From the NCBI GenBank assembly GCA_016748015.1, contig JAAOMT010000183.1, forward strand, positions 379,313-443,312: a DNA stretch of 64,000 nt. The letters are read 5' to 3'. The notes under the pieces are model-generated. The model made no database searches and was not told the DNA's origin. It was given only the letters and a program-made list of their open reading frames with translations. Position 1 is the stretch's first letter. Every line of letters starts with the position of its first letter. The translations under genes were made by a program, and so were the position numbers. This stretch comes from Geosiphon pyriformis uo1. Its lineage: Eukaryota > Fungi > Glomeromycota. Positions 27,646 through 41,900 of this stretch are shown piece by piece.

Positions 27646-29640
27646 TTTTTTTTATTTGCTATAACAAGGTGTAATCCTTCCACTGTTTAATCTAGGTAAC
27701 TATAGATGTGGATCGTGCGGTTTCAACACGTGACCAGCCATCTGGACTTACGTTAAAGATGGCGCGTTATAATATAATCCAAAGATTAAAAGTAGATTAG
27801 CACGATTTTTCCAGTTATAATCTACTAAGTCCAAATTGTCTGTGTAGGACCATCCGTTCCTTTTGTAATCTAATCTCATTTCTGCAGTAGGCATCTATAC
27901 CTAACTTTATGAGCAATCAGGAGTAATCTGACAGTCTCTACAATTTTAGATGTTGCTATTTTCGCATTGTTATACAAATTCAATGCTTCACGGTACTAAT
28001 CTTTTAATACAAACCCTTTCACCAGGATCATGTCCCATCTCAAATCTGCCGAATCATGAATGCCATTGCAAGAGGCCAATTCCGATAACTTTTGTAAGAT
28101 TCCAAAATTGTCAATGCCTAGGCCAGAACTAGAGGGCTACTTAATCCCACAATTTCAATGTCTGACGCACATTCGAAAATATGATCAGAAACATCAAACC
28201 CCACATTTAATACATGGCATATTAGAATATCCAACATTGTACAGTTTCTTTTGTTCAGCCATCAGAAGCCTACCATGTAGTGCTTTCATTATGTAGGTGC
28301 AGAGCCCAGCTGTTTTGGCACTGGTGAAACCGGAATTAAAGTGTGAATCTGAGTGTCAGACCAAAACCATTTTTTCCCAAACAATGTCATTAACAAAATT
28401 TATATCTAGACATTTTTTTGCTAGTTTAATTTCCCATCGAGCACGGTTGGCAGCTTTGTAGTCATAATGGATAAAATATTGGGATAGGTAGACCATTTTT
28501 GCTCTGTAAAAACCTCTCTGAAATCCTACACGATATCCCGATTTTTGACAATGTAGCCACATTAGCTAAATGATCGGCTATTTCATTCCCGAGTGGCCTT
28601 TAACTTTGATCCAATTTACCAACAGGCTTTTCTCTCTCACTATATTTGCAATTCTGTGCCTTTCCATCCAGCATTTATTTCTGAAGTCAACTCTATAATT
28701 CCCAATTTCATCTTTACACATGCTTATCGCAGCACTATTGTTTGTAAAAACATCGCAAAATCTACCTTTAAGCATGCATTCCAAAGCTAATGCCATTGCT
28801 GCCAATTCGGCTTTGTCCCTTGTTTAAGTTATAGAAATAGGCAGCAGCACTACCAATAACCATTTTTTACATATCCATTTGTATAAATTGACAATCTCTC
28901 CATATTACACTCCTTTAATCACGAATATATCTCACTAAAATCCAACAGAGAATCAAAGTTGGCATCCATCGTGCTTATTAATCTACTGTTCCTATTTAGA
29001 TTTATTGCATTGTCCAATTCTACCAAATATTCGGCACAAATTTTGAACCAGATTGGTATGAGCCCTTTTGGATCCAGGCACTTCTATTTCTTGAAAGTGG
29101 TCCAAGTCATAACATTGCTCTTTTTATCCAATAACTGTTTAATGTAAACAACACCCAATTTTTTCAAACTCTTCACTGTCTTATAGTAAACTGCTTCATC
29201 CAAGATATCCATCACCATGGTACCACTCCCAGGTTTGAAAGATTGTACCTTGATATTGTCCATTTCTAAACCAAATTTTGATAACACCTGCCATGTAAAA
29301 AAATCGAGAAACTGGTTCTTAACTTTGCAGCTGTTACTAACAAATTTTTTGGTCTCTACTCCAATGTATCCAAATCTATAAACCAATATTCGTAAAGCCT
29401 TCCAAGCAAACCTTAACATTCGCAAACTTAACAGTTGCAGTCACTTTATTCTCAGCCTGGACTTGGGCGAAAGTCTTGACATTATAGAAACATAAGTTGG
29501 CTTTTTTTAAACTTGGTTCACACAAGCCAAATTTTTTCAAGTTGATACTTCGATTAATCTAGGATGCATTACGTTGTCACATGACTATTTTCCACTTATA
29601 TTATTTCCCAATCATAAGATTTGTCATATCAAAGAAGACC
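27646..29640 (-). mobile_element. 5'-truncated LINE remnant with RNase H and C-terminal Cys/His domain
   Basis: AELAAMALALEC...DVFTNN...WIKVKGHSG; PCIKCG...SDHIFEC; A-tract at the 3' end (~27646-27656). Confidence 0.75.
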
Positions 29641-32600
29641 ATTATGTATTAAATAACTATTAATTTTATTTCTCCAATTTTTCATGTATAAATTTAAAGA
29701 ACTTTATAAATTTCTTGTATATTTTAAACGTTTTTTCACAATTATCTATTCTATTCTGCAATACTAATTAAAGTTTTTTATTTTTTTTCAAATATTTTTA
29801 ATAATTAAACCAATAACAAAAATAAGTATATTATTTAATATTTCTTTTAATACTAAAAATTTATTTTTTGTTAAACTTTTTTTCAATTATATATAGTTAT
29901 TATATAGTCTGTAATAATTTTAAAAAATATTTTTCTAATTATCTCAATTAATATTATAGACCTAATATTAATTAAAATATCTTTTTATTTATGTAATTTA
30001 AAAATTATTAAAATTCAAGTTTTAATCTTGTTTGGTTCAGACTGGCTTGTAATTACTTGGCCAATACTTTTTTTTATTCTGTTGCCCAATCTTTCAGTAT
30101 CAGATCTCAGCTTTTGAATGTTTTCAGTTTTAATAAATTTTCTGTGGTATAGTATAGTCTTTTTAAAGCTAATTTGAATGTTATTAATGTTTATACAGAT
30201 GAATCTTTGAAAAACTTGGGTACATGTGAGATAAAGTATGATGCAGCTGTGTTTTTCTTTGATTTGAATGTAGGTGTTGGAGTTGAAGTTGGTGAATTAG
30301 TGTCTTTTATATTGGCAGAATTATAGATAATTGCTTTAGATTTGGAATGTGTTCTAGCTTATAGTACTGTTATAATTTATTTTAACAGTTAAGCCATGCT
30401 GGATATATATGCTGCAGAGCTGAACTTGGCCTTGCCAAACTTTTTTAATAGTTGCTAATTGGAGAGGCATTGTATTGTAAACTTAAATAAAAATAAAAGG
30501 CTTAATATATCTCGGAATAAAATCAAAAAACATTTGAGTATAGTGGACAATAAATGTGCTGACAAGTTGGCCAATTTGGCTTTATGTTTAAATTTGGTTT
30601 TTTCTGTTTTGATCCATAAAAAATGCATTGGTGCTGATGAAATGACAATTTTTGGAGATATTTTCAAAGTTGTTTATTATGTACATTAAGAGGTTGAACT
30701 CAGATCTGATGTTATTAATGCAAATATAAAAAAAATATTGTTTGGATTTGGACCACCTCAGTTTGGCACCCTAATTTACATATGATATTACAAATGATTA
30801 TTTGGGGTCTCAAATCAAATAACAAACCCATAACTTGGTGTTCAATAGCTGACTATCTTGATAATATTTGAAGGTTTTTGTGATCTGAAAGTTTTGGGTT
30901 GAAGTTTTTTGTATAATGAACAGAGGTTCAATAGTTGTTTTTAGTAGTCTTTTGAAATTACAATTCCATTAATTTTTTTTTCAGCTTAGTGACCAGCAAT
31001 TTTTTGGTAAATAATTCTTAAATTCAAGTGTTTATTCTTTCACAAGAGTCTTTACCAGACAATTTTTAATATTAATAACTCAGCACTTAATTCTTAATCA
31101 ATTAGTAAACAACAAAAAAAATAAAATACAAAAAAAAATTAAAGAAACAAAATATAAGCCAAGATAATAAAAGTTAATATTTTATCAATAGCTATGATCA
31201 AGAGCTATTGTTCCAATATGATCAAATATTCAATACTATCAACATGAAATGTTAATAGTAGGGAAAGTGATTTAGATAGTAAATAATTATTTATTAATAT
31301 TGATAATTCTAATAGAAATGTGGTAATGAAGAGATATTGGTAATGATTTTCTTTTTTTTTTGTTTTTAATGCTCTTACTATATATATATAATTTAAGTTT
31401 TACAAGATTGCTTTATATTCTTAAGCAATGTTTATATTGCTGAACAATGTGCCTTAATTTTCTAACATTGCTTTATATTGTTGAGCAATGTGCTGTAATT
31501 TTTGATATTGCTTTATATTGCTAAGCAATATGCTTACATGCTAACTATTACTTTCCTATTGGTCTATCTGTTTTCTTATTATTTTTCTTTATATATTTTC
31601 TTTATGAGTAATATTATTTTCTTCTTTTAATATTAAGCTCTGTCGAAATTTTCACTTTAAATTAAGTCTAATGTTTCTTTTTTTAATACTGTTTGTTCAA
31701 CTTTGTTTTTTATATCTTTGATTTACATGTTGTTCATTTTTTTCTATTGGTTAATGGTGATTGTTTCTATGTTGGAGTGTAACAATATTTCTGGGTAATT
31801 TTAAAATATTATGTATAGTTGATAGATTGTTCTAATGTGCAATGTCAGATATGTTTTTTTCTGATAATATTTTCAATATTCTGTATTATTTTTTGATTGA
31901 ATATTCTTTTGGTTTTATCAAAATATAATTTTTAAATGTTCAATTTTTGTCCCAACTAATAGTAGCAGTATAATATTGGAAGTTGTTCTGTCTATTGTTT
32001 CCAATTATCTTTTGAAAGTTCTTTTGTTGGAACTATAATAGATATTTTTCCAAAAGTGTTCTTTATTTTTTTTACTATTTTATCTAACCAGTTTCTTGAT
32101 TGTTTTTGTGGTTGCTGGTATGGTGTATTTTTTTCTTTTTGTTTGGTGTTTTAATAACAAATTGTTTGGTAGTTGATGACAATTTCTATGTTTAATTGTT
32201 GTTGACTTAAGGCCTAAAACAATTGTTAAGCTAAAGTGTGAATATGATTTGGTATTTCCATTTTTTTTGTTGTTTTTGTTGTATATACCATGTTTTTATA
32301 TACTCTTTTGGTTGTTCAATTTGATGTGTTTGGTTTAATAATTATAATTGGTTCCAAATCTTGTGGAATTTTATCTGGTTGGATTAGTGTTCATTGTACT
32401 CCCAGTTGTGAAATATTATTGGTAAATGATAATACTATATAGTGATATGATTTTAGTCGATTACCATGTACTGCTTTGGCTAAAATTTTGTTGTTCTATT
32501 TTAATTTATAAGCTTCATTTCTTAGAATTTCTTTTATGTAAAATGGTTCACTTTATTGTTTTTTTGCTTTGGTATAATGTAAAAATACTTTGTTTCCAAT

Positions 32601-35519
32601 CCTAAATTCAACTAGTTTATCTAGTAATTAATTATTATGTCTTTTTTTTTGTGATTTTTGAATATTATTAGCTGGTTTTTGCTATTTGTTTTCTAGTGTT
32701 TCCATTAAGTCATATGTTTTTCTCAACAATGTTTCTTGGAAATTGTCTTCTGTTATTGGTTCAGTTAAATACATGCTGACTTCTATTTTCACTGGTACTG
32801 TTGCTGTTCTACCATATACTAATTTAAATAGTGTTGCTTGTCTAGTGTCTTGCTTTATTGTCTGATAAGCAAATAATACTGATGGTATAAACAAATCCCA
32901 TTTGTTTTGATTTTCTTGACTGATTTTGGCAATTGTTTTACACAATGTTCTATTGAACTTTTCGACTAAGCTGTTGGTTTGTGAATAATATGGTGATGAT
33001 AATGGTTTTTTTATTCCAAATCTTTGACTTAATTCTGCTAATATTCTATTTACAAAGTGAGTTTCTTGGTTAAATAGTAATTTTTTTGGGCATCTGTGTT
33101 AACAAATCAAATTTTAATGAACAAATTTGGCAATAGATTCTGCATTTGTTCTTTGAATGGCTTTTGTTTTTGGCCATTTTGTGAGATAATTCATGGCTAC
33201 TGCAATATATCTGTTGCCTCTGCTGGTTATAGTTAATGGTCCAACTAAGTCAATTCCAATGTGATCAAATGATTATTTTACTTTAATTGTTCTTAAAGAC
33301 TTACTGGGTCTTGTTTTTACTTTTCTCTAACAAACATCACAATTTTGAATATATTGAATGATGTCTGGATACATTAATGGCCAATAGTATCTTTTTTTGA
33401 TTCTTTCTATAGTTGCTTTTTTGTGAAAATGTTCTGCTGTTGAATCAAAGGACATGTTGAATAATATTGTTTCTTTCTTTGGTTCTGTGATTACTTTGGT
33501 TGGTTGATTTGAATTCTTTCTGTTTTTCTAATAAAATATATCTTGGTGAATGATAAAATATTTGGACTGTTGTTTGATATGGGTTTGTTTTTTTTGAAAT
33601 AATTTTTCTTTAAACTGTTGAGTATTTATAAAATGTTAAAGTTGTTGCTATTTTTGTGTATTCATTTTTTGTTATATTTTTGGATTAGAATGTTCTTAGA
33701 TTTGTTTTATTTATGACAAACCATTGGCATTTCCATTTTTTTTTTCTCTTTTTGTAATGTATTGTATAATTAAATAGTAAAAGTTCTATTTTCTATCTAG
33801 CATGACAATCATCTCTAAATTCTTACTTCTGGATTGAAGTCAATCTTTTATAGTTAGTGTATATGTCGAATTTCTGGCTTAAGTATTTTTTTTATTTTAT
33901 AACTGCCCAATAGATTGCTAAGTGTTTTAGTACTGGAGTTTCATAGTTCTTTTCAGCTGGACTCAAATTTTGGTTGGCATATATTATTGGATGTTCTCTT
34001 CTATCTGGTCCTTTCTGAGATAGTACAGCTCCTAATACTTAACCTAACACATTGGTTGTGATTATGAATGGCTTGCTATGTTCTGAATAGATCAGTATTG
34101 GAACTTGAATAAGCTTTCTTTTTAATATATTAAAAGCTTTTTACTGGTTTTTTGTCTATTCATATTTGGTATTCTTTGTTTGGAGCTAGTATAATGGTTG
34201 AGCCAGTTTGGAAAAGTTTTTGATGAAATGGCAATAGTAATCTGCAAATTCCAAGAATACTTATAGTTCAGTTAAGTTGGTAGATACTGAAAAGTTTTTA
34301 ACTATCTTAATTTTGTCTGGATCTGTCTTAATTCCGTCTTTGCTCACAATATGTTCTAAAAATTTTAATTCCATTTTGCCAAATAAACCTTTGTTGGCAT
34401 TTAACTTTAGCTTTGTTCTTCTTAATCTTTCAAATACTTGCTGTAGATAATGAAGATGATCATCAAATATCTTTAAAAACACATTGGTATTATCCAAATA
34501 GACAACTACTGATTTTTATAACAGTCCAGTATAGATAATTTCTATAAGTTATTGGAATGTTGTTGGAGTATTCATTAAGCCAAATAGCATTACTTCAAAC
34601 TCAAAATTTTCCTCTCTTGTTGTGAATATGGTCTTCTCTTTATTAACTGGATTTATGGCTACTTGCCAATAACTGCTATCTAAGTTTAGCATTAAGAACT
34701 ATTTTTTTTCTTCAAATGCATTAAAAAGTTCTTGGATTTTTAGAGTTGAGTAGCTATCTCTTTTTGTTATTCCATTAAGTTTTTAGTAATCCATGCAAAA
34801 CCAAATCTTTCCATTCTTTTTACAGACTTGTACTACTAGTGATGACCATGAGTTCATTGATAGTTAAATTAACTCATTGTTCAACATCCAGTTGATTTCT
34901 TGTCAGATGATTTCATAACTTGCTGGTAGTACTCAGTATGCTCTTTGTTTGATTGGCATTATATCTCTAGTTTTGATCTGATGTTAGATTATATCAGTTC
35001 TGCCAAATTCATTTTCATTAGCAAAGATATCATTGAAGTCATTAAGTAATATTTTCAGCTGTATATATTGTAGTAGATCTAAATTTCTCAAGTTTATTTA
35101 TTCTAATTGTTCTGGTTGGAGCAGATAATATTCTTCTCATCTATATATTGTTTGTGATATGATATTCACATATTCACACAGTTGTGAAAAGTCTAGAATG
35201 GGATTTGGTAATTGTTCTTCAACTTCAGTGCTTAAATATCCAATAATAGTTCTTTTTGGTATTTCAATGACATTTCCTGTTGTATTATAGATGAGAATTT
35301 TGATGTGTTTAGGGCTTTTAGCTGGTATGTAAAGATTGGTAAGTTCAATCTTTCCTGATTCACAAATTACAGCTTCTGCTTAAAACATTTGAGCCTGATT
35401 CTTTACTTTTCTTTTTATGACTAACATGTACTAGTTATATAGTAGGAAAAAAATTAATTGATGAGTGGAGATAATTTCTCTCTTGTCAATAATTTTTTTC
35501 TTTGCCATGTTGACTAATA

Positions 35520-35922
35520 CATCTATTCTATCCATAAATCTGAATTTACTAATCTCTCTAGCTGTAATCCTTAATTCTTCCTTGTTTCTTACTAATACCA
35601 ATTGAACTATTTTAACCAGAGGTAGGAATATTGCTTGTGTTATCTTTTTGTTTGACTCTATGATATAGATCTTTTCTAAGTCATTTTGTAACATTATAAT
35701 AATATTTCTTACATATTCTGTATCAATTATTTCTTCTCTGATATTGATTCTTTTTTTTGCTAAATTACTCCTAGATGTTAATTGAATTATTGTTGTTGCT
35801 AGAATTTCCAGTGCTACTTTAAGATCAATACAGATGCATAAATATAGTTTCAATTTGATGGCTTTTTTTCTAAAATATCTCAAATCAAACTCTGCATCAA
35901 TATTATGCACATATTCTGGCAT
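35520..35922 (-). pseudogene. dUTPase domain of element A polyprotein
   Basis: DAEFDL, SRSNLA, EIIDTEY, KKITQ, AREISKFRFM are transition-mutated versions of dUTPase motifs I-V. Confidence 0.85.
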
Positions 35923-38900
35923 AATATCTTTATTATTATCATTAAACTATTTAAGTTTCTGCTCTTTGGTAAGATCAGAAAGTGTGATATATTGTTCTGA
36001 GTTTAAATTAAAGTTTAAACCATTGTTATTATTATTGCCATTTTAAACAGAACTGGAACTGTTGTTTTTGTTATTGTTGTTGTTGGAGTTTGAATTGGGA
36101 TGGAATGTTGATTCCAATTCTGATACACAGCTGCTGATTGGTTTTTCTTTTTCTGAGATCATGTAGATCATACATAGTAGTAGATTGTAAATAAGATCAC
36201 ACTCATTACAATATTGAAAGTCACATGAGATCAAACAATAGTCACATAGTCGGGTGTTTATTTCTTCTAAGCACTGTTCTTGCTTTTTTCTTGTTGGTGC
36301 CAAATTCCAGTAATGCTCATGAAATTCCTTTGGACCTGTTTCAATATTTAAAAATGCATCTAAATTAGAGATAAAAACAATATCAACTGGTTTTAGAAGA
36401 TTGTTTTTTATTTTTAAAATCTTATTGGGCAAAGCATTTTTTACTTTAATATTGGCCATTTGCCAGATTTTGTCTTTATTGTACAGATAGCTGTCTAAGC
36501 AAGAGATTGCTTGGTACCATACAGCAGTAATAAATGTGTTACAACTAACCCAGTCACTTATGAGGATCATGTACTGGCATAAAGCATTACACATTTTTTC
36601 TTAACCAGGAATGTTATTCCATATTCTCTTATTAAGTAATTGTTCATCACAAGTAAGACATGGTTTGTTGCCCTACTTGTCCTGTTTTTTTGGATAGCTG
36701 TAGTGTTCTCTATGGCATAGTTTGCAATAATAATGCATTTTGGTCCAGTAGTCTTTGTCAGATACTATCTATGCTCTCATAAAAGATAGTTTCTTACCAC
36801 AATCTTGACATTTGAGAGAAATATATAATGGCTGTTCCAGTAGTTTGTGCACCAAGTATAAAGTTCTCCAGTTACTGGTAGCTTTTTCAGTGTTTATTGT
36901 GATTTGTATTTTTCAGTCTTCTTTTTTTTCTTTTTCTTTTTCTTTTTCTTTTTCTTTCCAATTTAAGATTATTGTGGTTGTTGTCAATCCATGAAACTTG
37001 ATAGGCTTTCCAGATAGATTTATTTTCTTCTTCCAAATTGATTAATGGTACAGATGTGGTATATGATTTGAAATAACTGCACATGACTGGTATTTGAATA
37101 TAGTGTTCATTCTGGCTGAGTTGTAATTTCTGAGTGGTTTAATTAAATACAGCATTTGCTTTGCTCAGCCAGTCATTTCCAATGAGAGCTTGGTATTAGG
37201 TGGCTTTTATAATTAAGATTTTAATAAGAATGGTGATGCCATTGACTTCAAAAGAAAAGTTATTGATTTTGCCAATTGGAGTTTTGGTTGCTCCATTAAT
37301 GATAATGATTCTGGTGCTGGCAGCTTGATCAACTCAGTAACCTAATTGGTTTATGAATTGGTGTGTGATGATGCTATCTGCTGACCCACTGTCTAAGATT
37401 AACTTAATGAGATGGCCATCAGTTTTAGCATCAGTGTACATTGCAGTTATGGGTTTTTCTTCAAGGGAAGCACCACTAAAGAAAAGCATTTTCAACTGTT
37501 CTTCAAGTTCAAAGGGAAAAATGGCTGTTAACAAGTTGTTATTGGTAATAGTTGCTAGTAAAATATTGTTGGTAAATGGTTTTTGGTTGGTTTCTAAGTT
37601 GTTAGATAAGACGTCTTTTAAGGTAATCAAAAAACTTAAATAGTTCTGAGAATTTGGGGTTTGAGCATACCTAGTTTCTGAATTTCTTGGATGTGATTTT
37701 GAGGATTGTTGAGATGTGCTGAGGATCAGTTGATAAACAATTATCACCAATCTTCAGTTTTGTTAGATGGTTTTTAGCCTCTGATTTCCATTGGAAACAG
37801 TTATTTATAGCAGTATTTAAATGGATTAAGGTTGATAAATTAGTTGTGACTGTAGTGATTGATATATTATGAGTGTTACCAGTTGATATATTGGAAATAC
37901 ATATATTGGTTTTTGCATCATTTGGGTGTAATTAGGTTGGTACTGATCTTAATTTGAGTAATAACTTGGAGTTTGAAACCTGCAATTGGGGTTTCAATAT
38001 TGATTTTCTGATTGTAGATTATTGTTATAAATTTGGCAACTAGCTCTAATGTAATTTTGTTTATTACAATTATAACAAACATACATTTTTGATTGCCATG
38101 ATTGATTGGTCAATAATGATGGGTGTGCCTAATTTTAAAAACAATTTGAATTTCCTGAATTATTACATTATTACTCATAAAATATAAAAAGTATATTAGC
38201 ATATAAATTAGCCAATTAGAAGTAGTTATAGTAAATGTGAAATTCCAGGATTCTTCTCAAGAAAAATCACAAGATTCCAGGAATTTCAGAATTATCGTAC
38301 AAGGAATCACAGGATTCCAAAATTCCAGAATTCCTTTCAAGAGAAATTGCAGAATTCCAAGAATTGCAGGATTTCTGATATAAAAAATTGAGGAATTGAG
38401 GAATCTCAATTATGTATATATAGCAGTAGTGCTAAAAGTAGAAAAAGACAGAATTTTTTAATTAGAAACCTCTTAAGTTTAGATTCAATCTAAGCAACCT
38501 TCTATTCACAAATATTAAATAAATAATTATTCACTATCACAACTCATTCTTCACTATCAACACTTCATGTTGATAGTAATTGATACTTAAAAACACTGAA
38601 ACAATAGCTCTTGATCATGGCTATTGACAGGATACTAACTTGCAATTGCTTTTATTTATTTCTTTATCTTTTTCTTTATTTTCTTTATTTTCTTTCTTGT
38701 TTTGATCTTATTGTTGTACTAATTGATTAAAGATTAAAGTGCTGAATTATTGACATCACAAATAGCCTGGTAAAAGACCCAGAGATAAGGGTAAGAATAT
38801 ATATATTAATGAATAGCTTACCAGAAGAGCACAACTGTTAGATTAAACCAGCCACCACGCTGAAGACAGAAATTGGGAAAACAATTCACCAACTACCTTG

Positions 38901-41900
38901 TCATTGAATCTTTGTCTATTATACAAAAAACTTAACTCTAAAAAAAAACCTTCAAATACAACCAATGTACCAGTATTACCAGCATTATCAAGATATTGAG
39001 CATTAAGTTATGGATTTGTTATTTGATTTAAGACTCCAAATAATCATCTATAACATTTGGTGCTTCCTGTGAGGTATAATTCTACAGAGAACTAACACCA
39101 ACTATAACCATTCAAAAGTGGCAGAATCAGAATTGATAAGAGCAAACCATTTAGGATTTGCGAAATCTTTATTTCAATACTACTGTCAACATTTGAGATT
39201 AAACCATAATCACATATTAGTAGAATCAGCCTTCAATTTCTATGTCAACGAGAGAATTGTCTATCTGTTAGGTACACCAGTAAATACTGAGTCAGCAAGG
39301 GAAATCTTTTACAACAAATTAATTCAAAACACTAGCCTACTAACAAATCACAATTTTGAATCCATCATCACAGAAATCAATAAAGAAATTAAATATCACA
39401 CCCAACAAAGATACCCAATTACATATACCAGTAAAGAAAAAGGAAAACTGCAAACACCAGCAGTAATACTCCAAAGGATACAACCACCCACTTGAAAGAA
39501 AACCAGAGTTGAATCACCAATCAATTCATCATACCACTATACACCCAGAAGCATCATCAATATCTTATCAACAGGTGCATCTACATCAAATGCGACATCA
39601 ACATTTAGATGACTCCTATTTCAAAGTAAACAAAAAAAAGCAAAATTACTAGGAACTTATAGCAATTATTTTGAAGGATTTAAATCATGATCGCCAACAT
39701 CATTAGGATTCTGATTACCACCATCTCAACCTGATTTCGGAAACGCAAGTCCCTGGGAGATAACAGAATCAGACAAAGAAGAAAAAAAAGAAGCTGAAGA
39801 TCAAGAATTTACTTACCAGAACCTAATTCCAGAAAATCCAGACATTGGAACTCCAAACTTTTAGACTTAGCAAGATCTAAATTTAGAAAATCTGGAAGTT
39901 GAAACTCCAAATTTTCAAAATCAGCAAAATCAGAATGATTGAAACCCCAACATTAATAATTAACAACACTTACCTCCAGTTATTGTCATCAACTTACTAC
40001 CAGTTGCTTCACAACAACAGCTACTGCCACAACTCCAAATTCAATTACTATTTCAATTATCACAGCAACTAAACATAGATCCAATGGTCTATGCCCCAAT
40101 AGCAAAACTCGAGAAATTCATAGGAGAGAAGGATGATACACAAGTATTGTTCAATGACATAGAAAAAGCCATTGTGGCTAATGGATAGAATAATGCCAAA
40201 GCCATGCAAGCCATTCCATATTTTCTCCAGAATACTACCAATTCATGGTACCAAAGTCTGATTAATAAACCCCAAGATTTTAATACATTCAAAATTGAGT
40301 TTTTAAGATACTTCAGCAACAATAACAGCATTAACAGGCTAACAAATACCTTCACTACTATTAAACAAGGAGAAACCAAAGCAGTCACTACTTACTTAGG
40401 ATGCTTCTACAAGAATCTGTGCCAGATTCAAGCCATTAATGCCAATTATTTTACTGTGGTCCAGATACTAAATCAGTTCATTCACGGATTACACAATAGC
40501 ATTCTGCAATGCATATGTCCAATGCATTCTATTGATCTGCAAGCAGCTGTTACAAATGCCAGAGATTTTGAAGCCACTGAATTAGAAGCCAACCATGCCC
40601 AAGCAGTAAATTTAGTAATGAACAGATTATCTGACTTGGATTCCAAATTAAAGCAATTCAACAAATCAATAAATTAGAAATTAGAGGAATACTTAGCTAA
40701 CAATAATTAAGCAATCTATTAAACTCCACAATAACACAATAATTAAGAAAACTCTAATCATTTCCATAATTAATCGCATTCAACATCATCGACCAATCAA
40801 CAGTGAGAACAGGAAACATGTGTTTGCCACTATTGTGATAAACAAGAACACTTACAAATTGACTGTCATCACTGCTTAAATAACCAATGATCGGAAAATC
40901 AATATCAAAACTCCAATCACCAGTTTCAAACTCCAGATAACTCACCAAACTCAGAGCCATATCATCAAAATTATCTGCCAATAACGCAGCAGCCAATTTA
41001 TCAAATACTGATATATTAACCTCCAATTAATCAACCACAGTTGCCAGCAACATATCAACCACAGCCACCAATAATTTATCAACCCCAGCAACTTCAAACA
41101 CTACCACCAAACCCAGCTTAAATGACATTAAAAAATCCCAGATTGAGAGTCACTCAAAACTGGAGATCAGCAATAGTTGTTCACCAACCAATCCCCAGTT
41201 CCTCCCACCAACCAACAGGACCATGCTCTCAGAATTCAGGAACTGGGCATGCTCAAAATCCAAATTTCCAACACTATTTAAGTCTTCTGGTTATCTCTGA
41301 AAATGCCACTGCCAATAATCTAGAACCCAATTAGAAACAGCTACTTACCAGCAATATCCCACCAGCAATTATCTCCAATAACAAATCTTTAGCAGCTATT
41401 TTTCCTTTCAAACTTGAGAAAACCATGCCAGTCCCATTATTTAATAGAGCTGCTCTTGACACCAAACCAATTACTGCCATGTACACTAGCGCAAAAGTTG
41501 ATGGTCACATTATCAAACTAATTCTAGATAATAGATCAGCTGGCAGTATTATTACCAAGCAACTCATGAATTAATTAGGTTGCTGAGTTAACCACATTGC
41601 CAGCATTAGAATTATTACAGCCAATAGAGTGACTAAAACTCTTATTAGTGAAATAGACAACTTCCCGATTGAAGTCAATGGCATCATAGTACCAATTAAA
41701 GTTCTGGTCATAGAAGCTACTCAGTACCAAGCTCTAGTTGGTAATGACTGGCTATTTAAAACCAATGTGACACTTGACTGGACAACACAAGAGTTGCAAA
41801 TCAGTCAGAATGACCAACACACATAAGTACTAGCAATGTGTGGCCATTTCAAACCCAGCATTGAAATGCGATTACTTATTGACTTCGAAAAAAAAAAAAA

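Noticed and set aside
27646-30785. Head-to-head LINE pieces as a twin-priming inversion
   Set aside because: Both carry their own RNase H and 3' end and are clearly divergent, so they are independent insertions.
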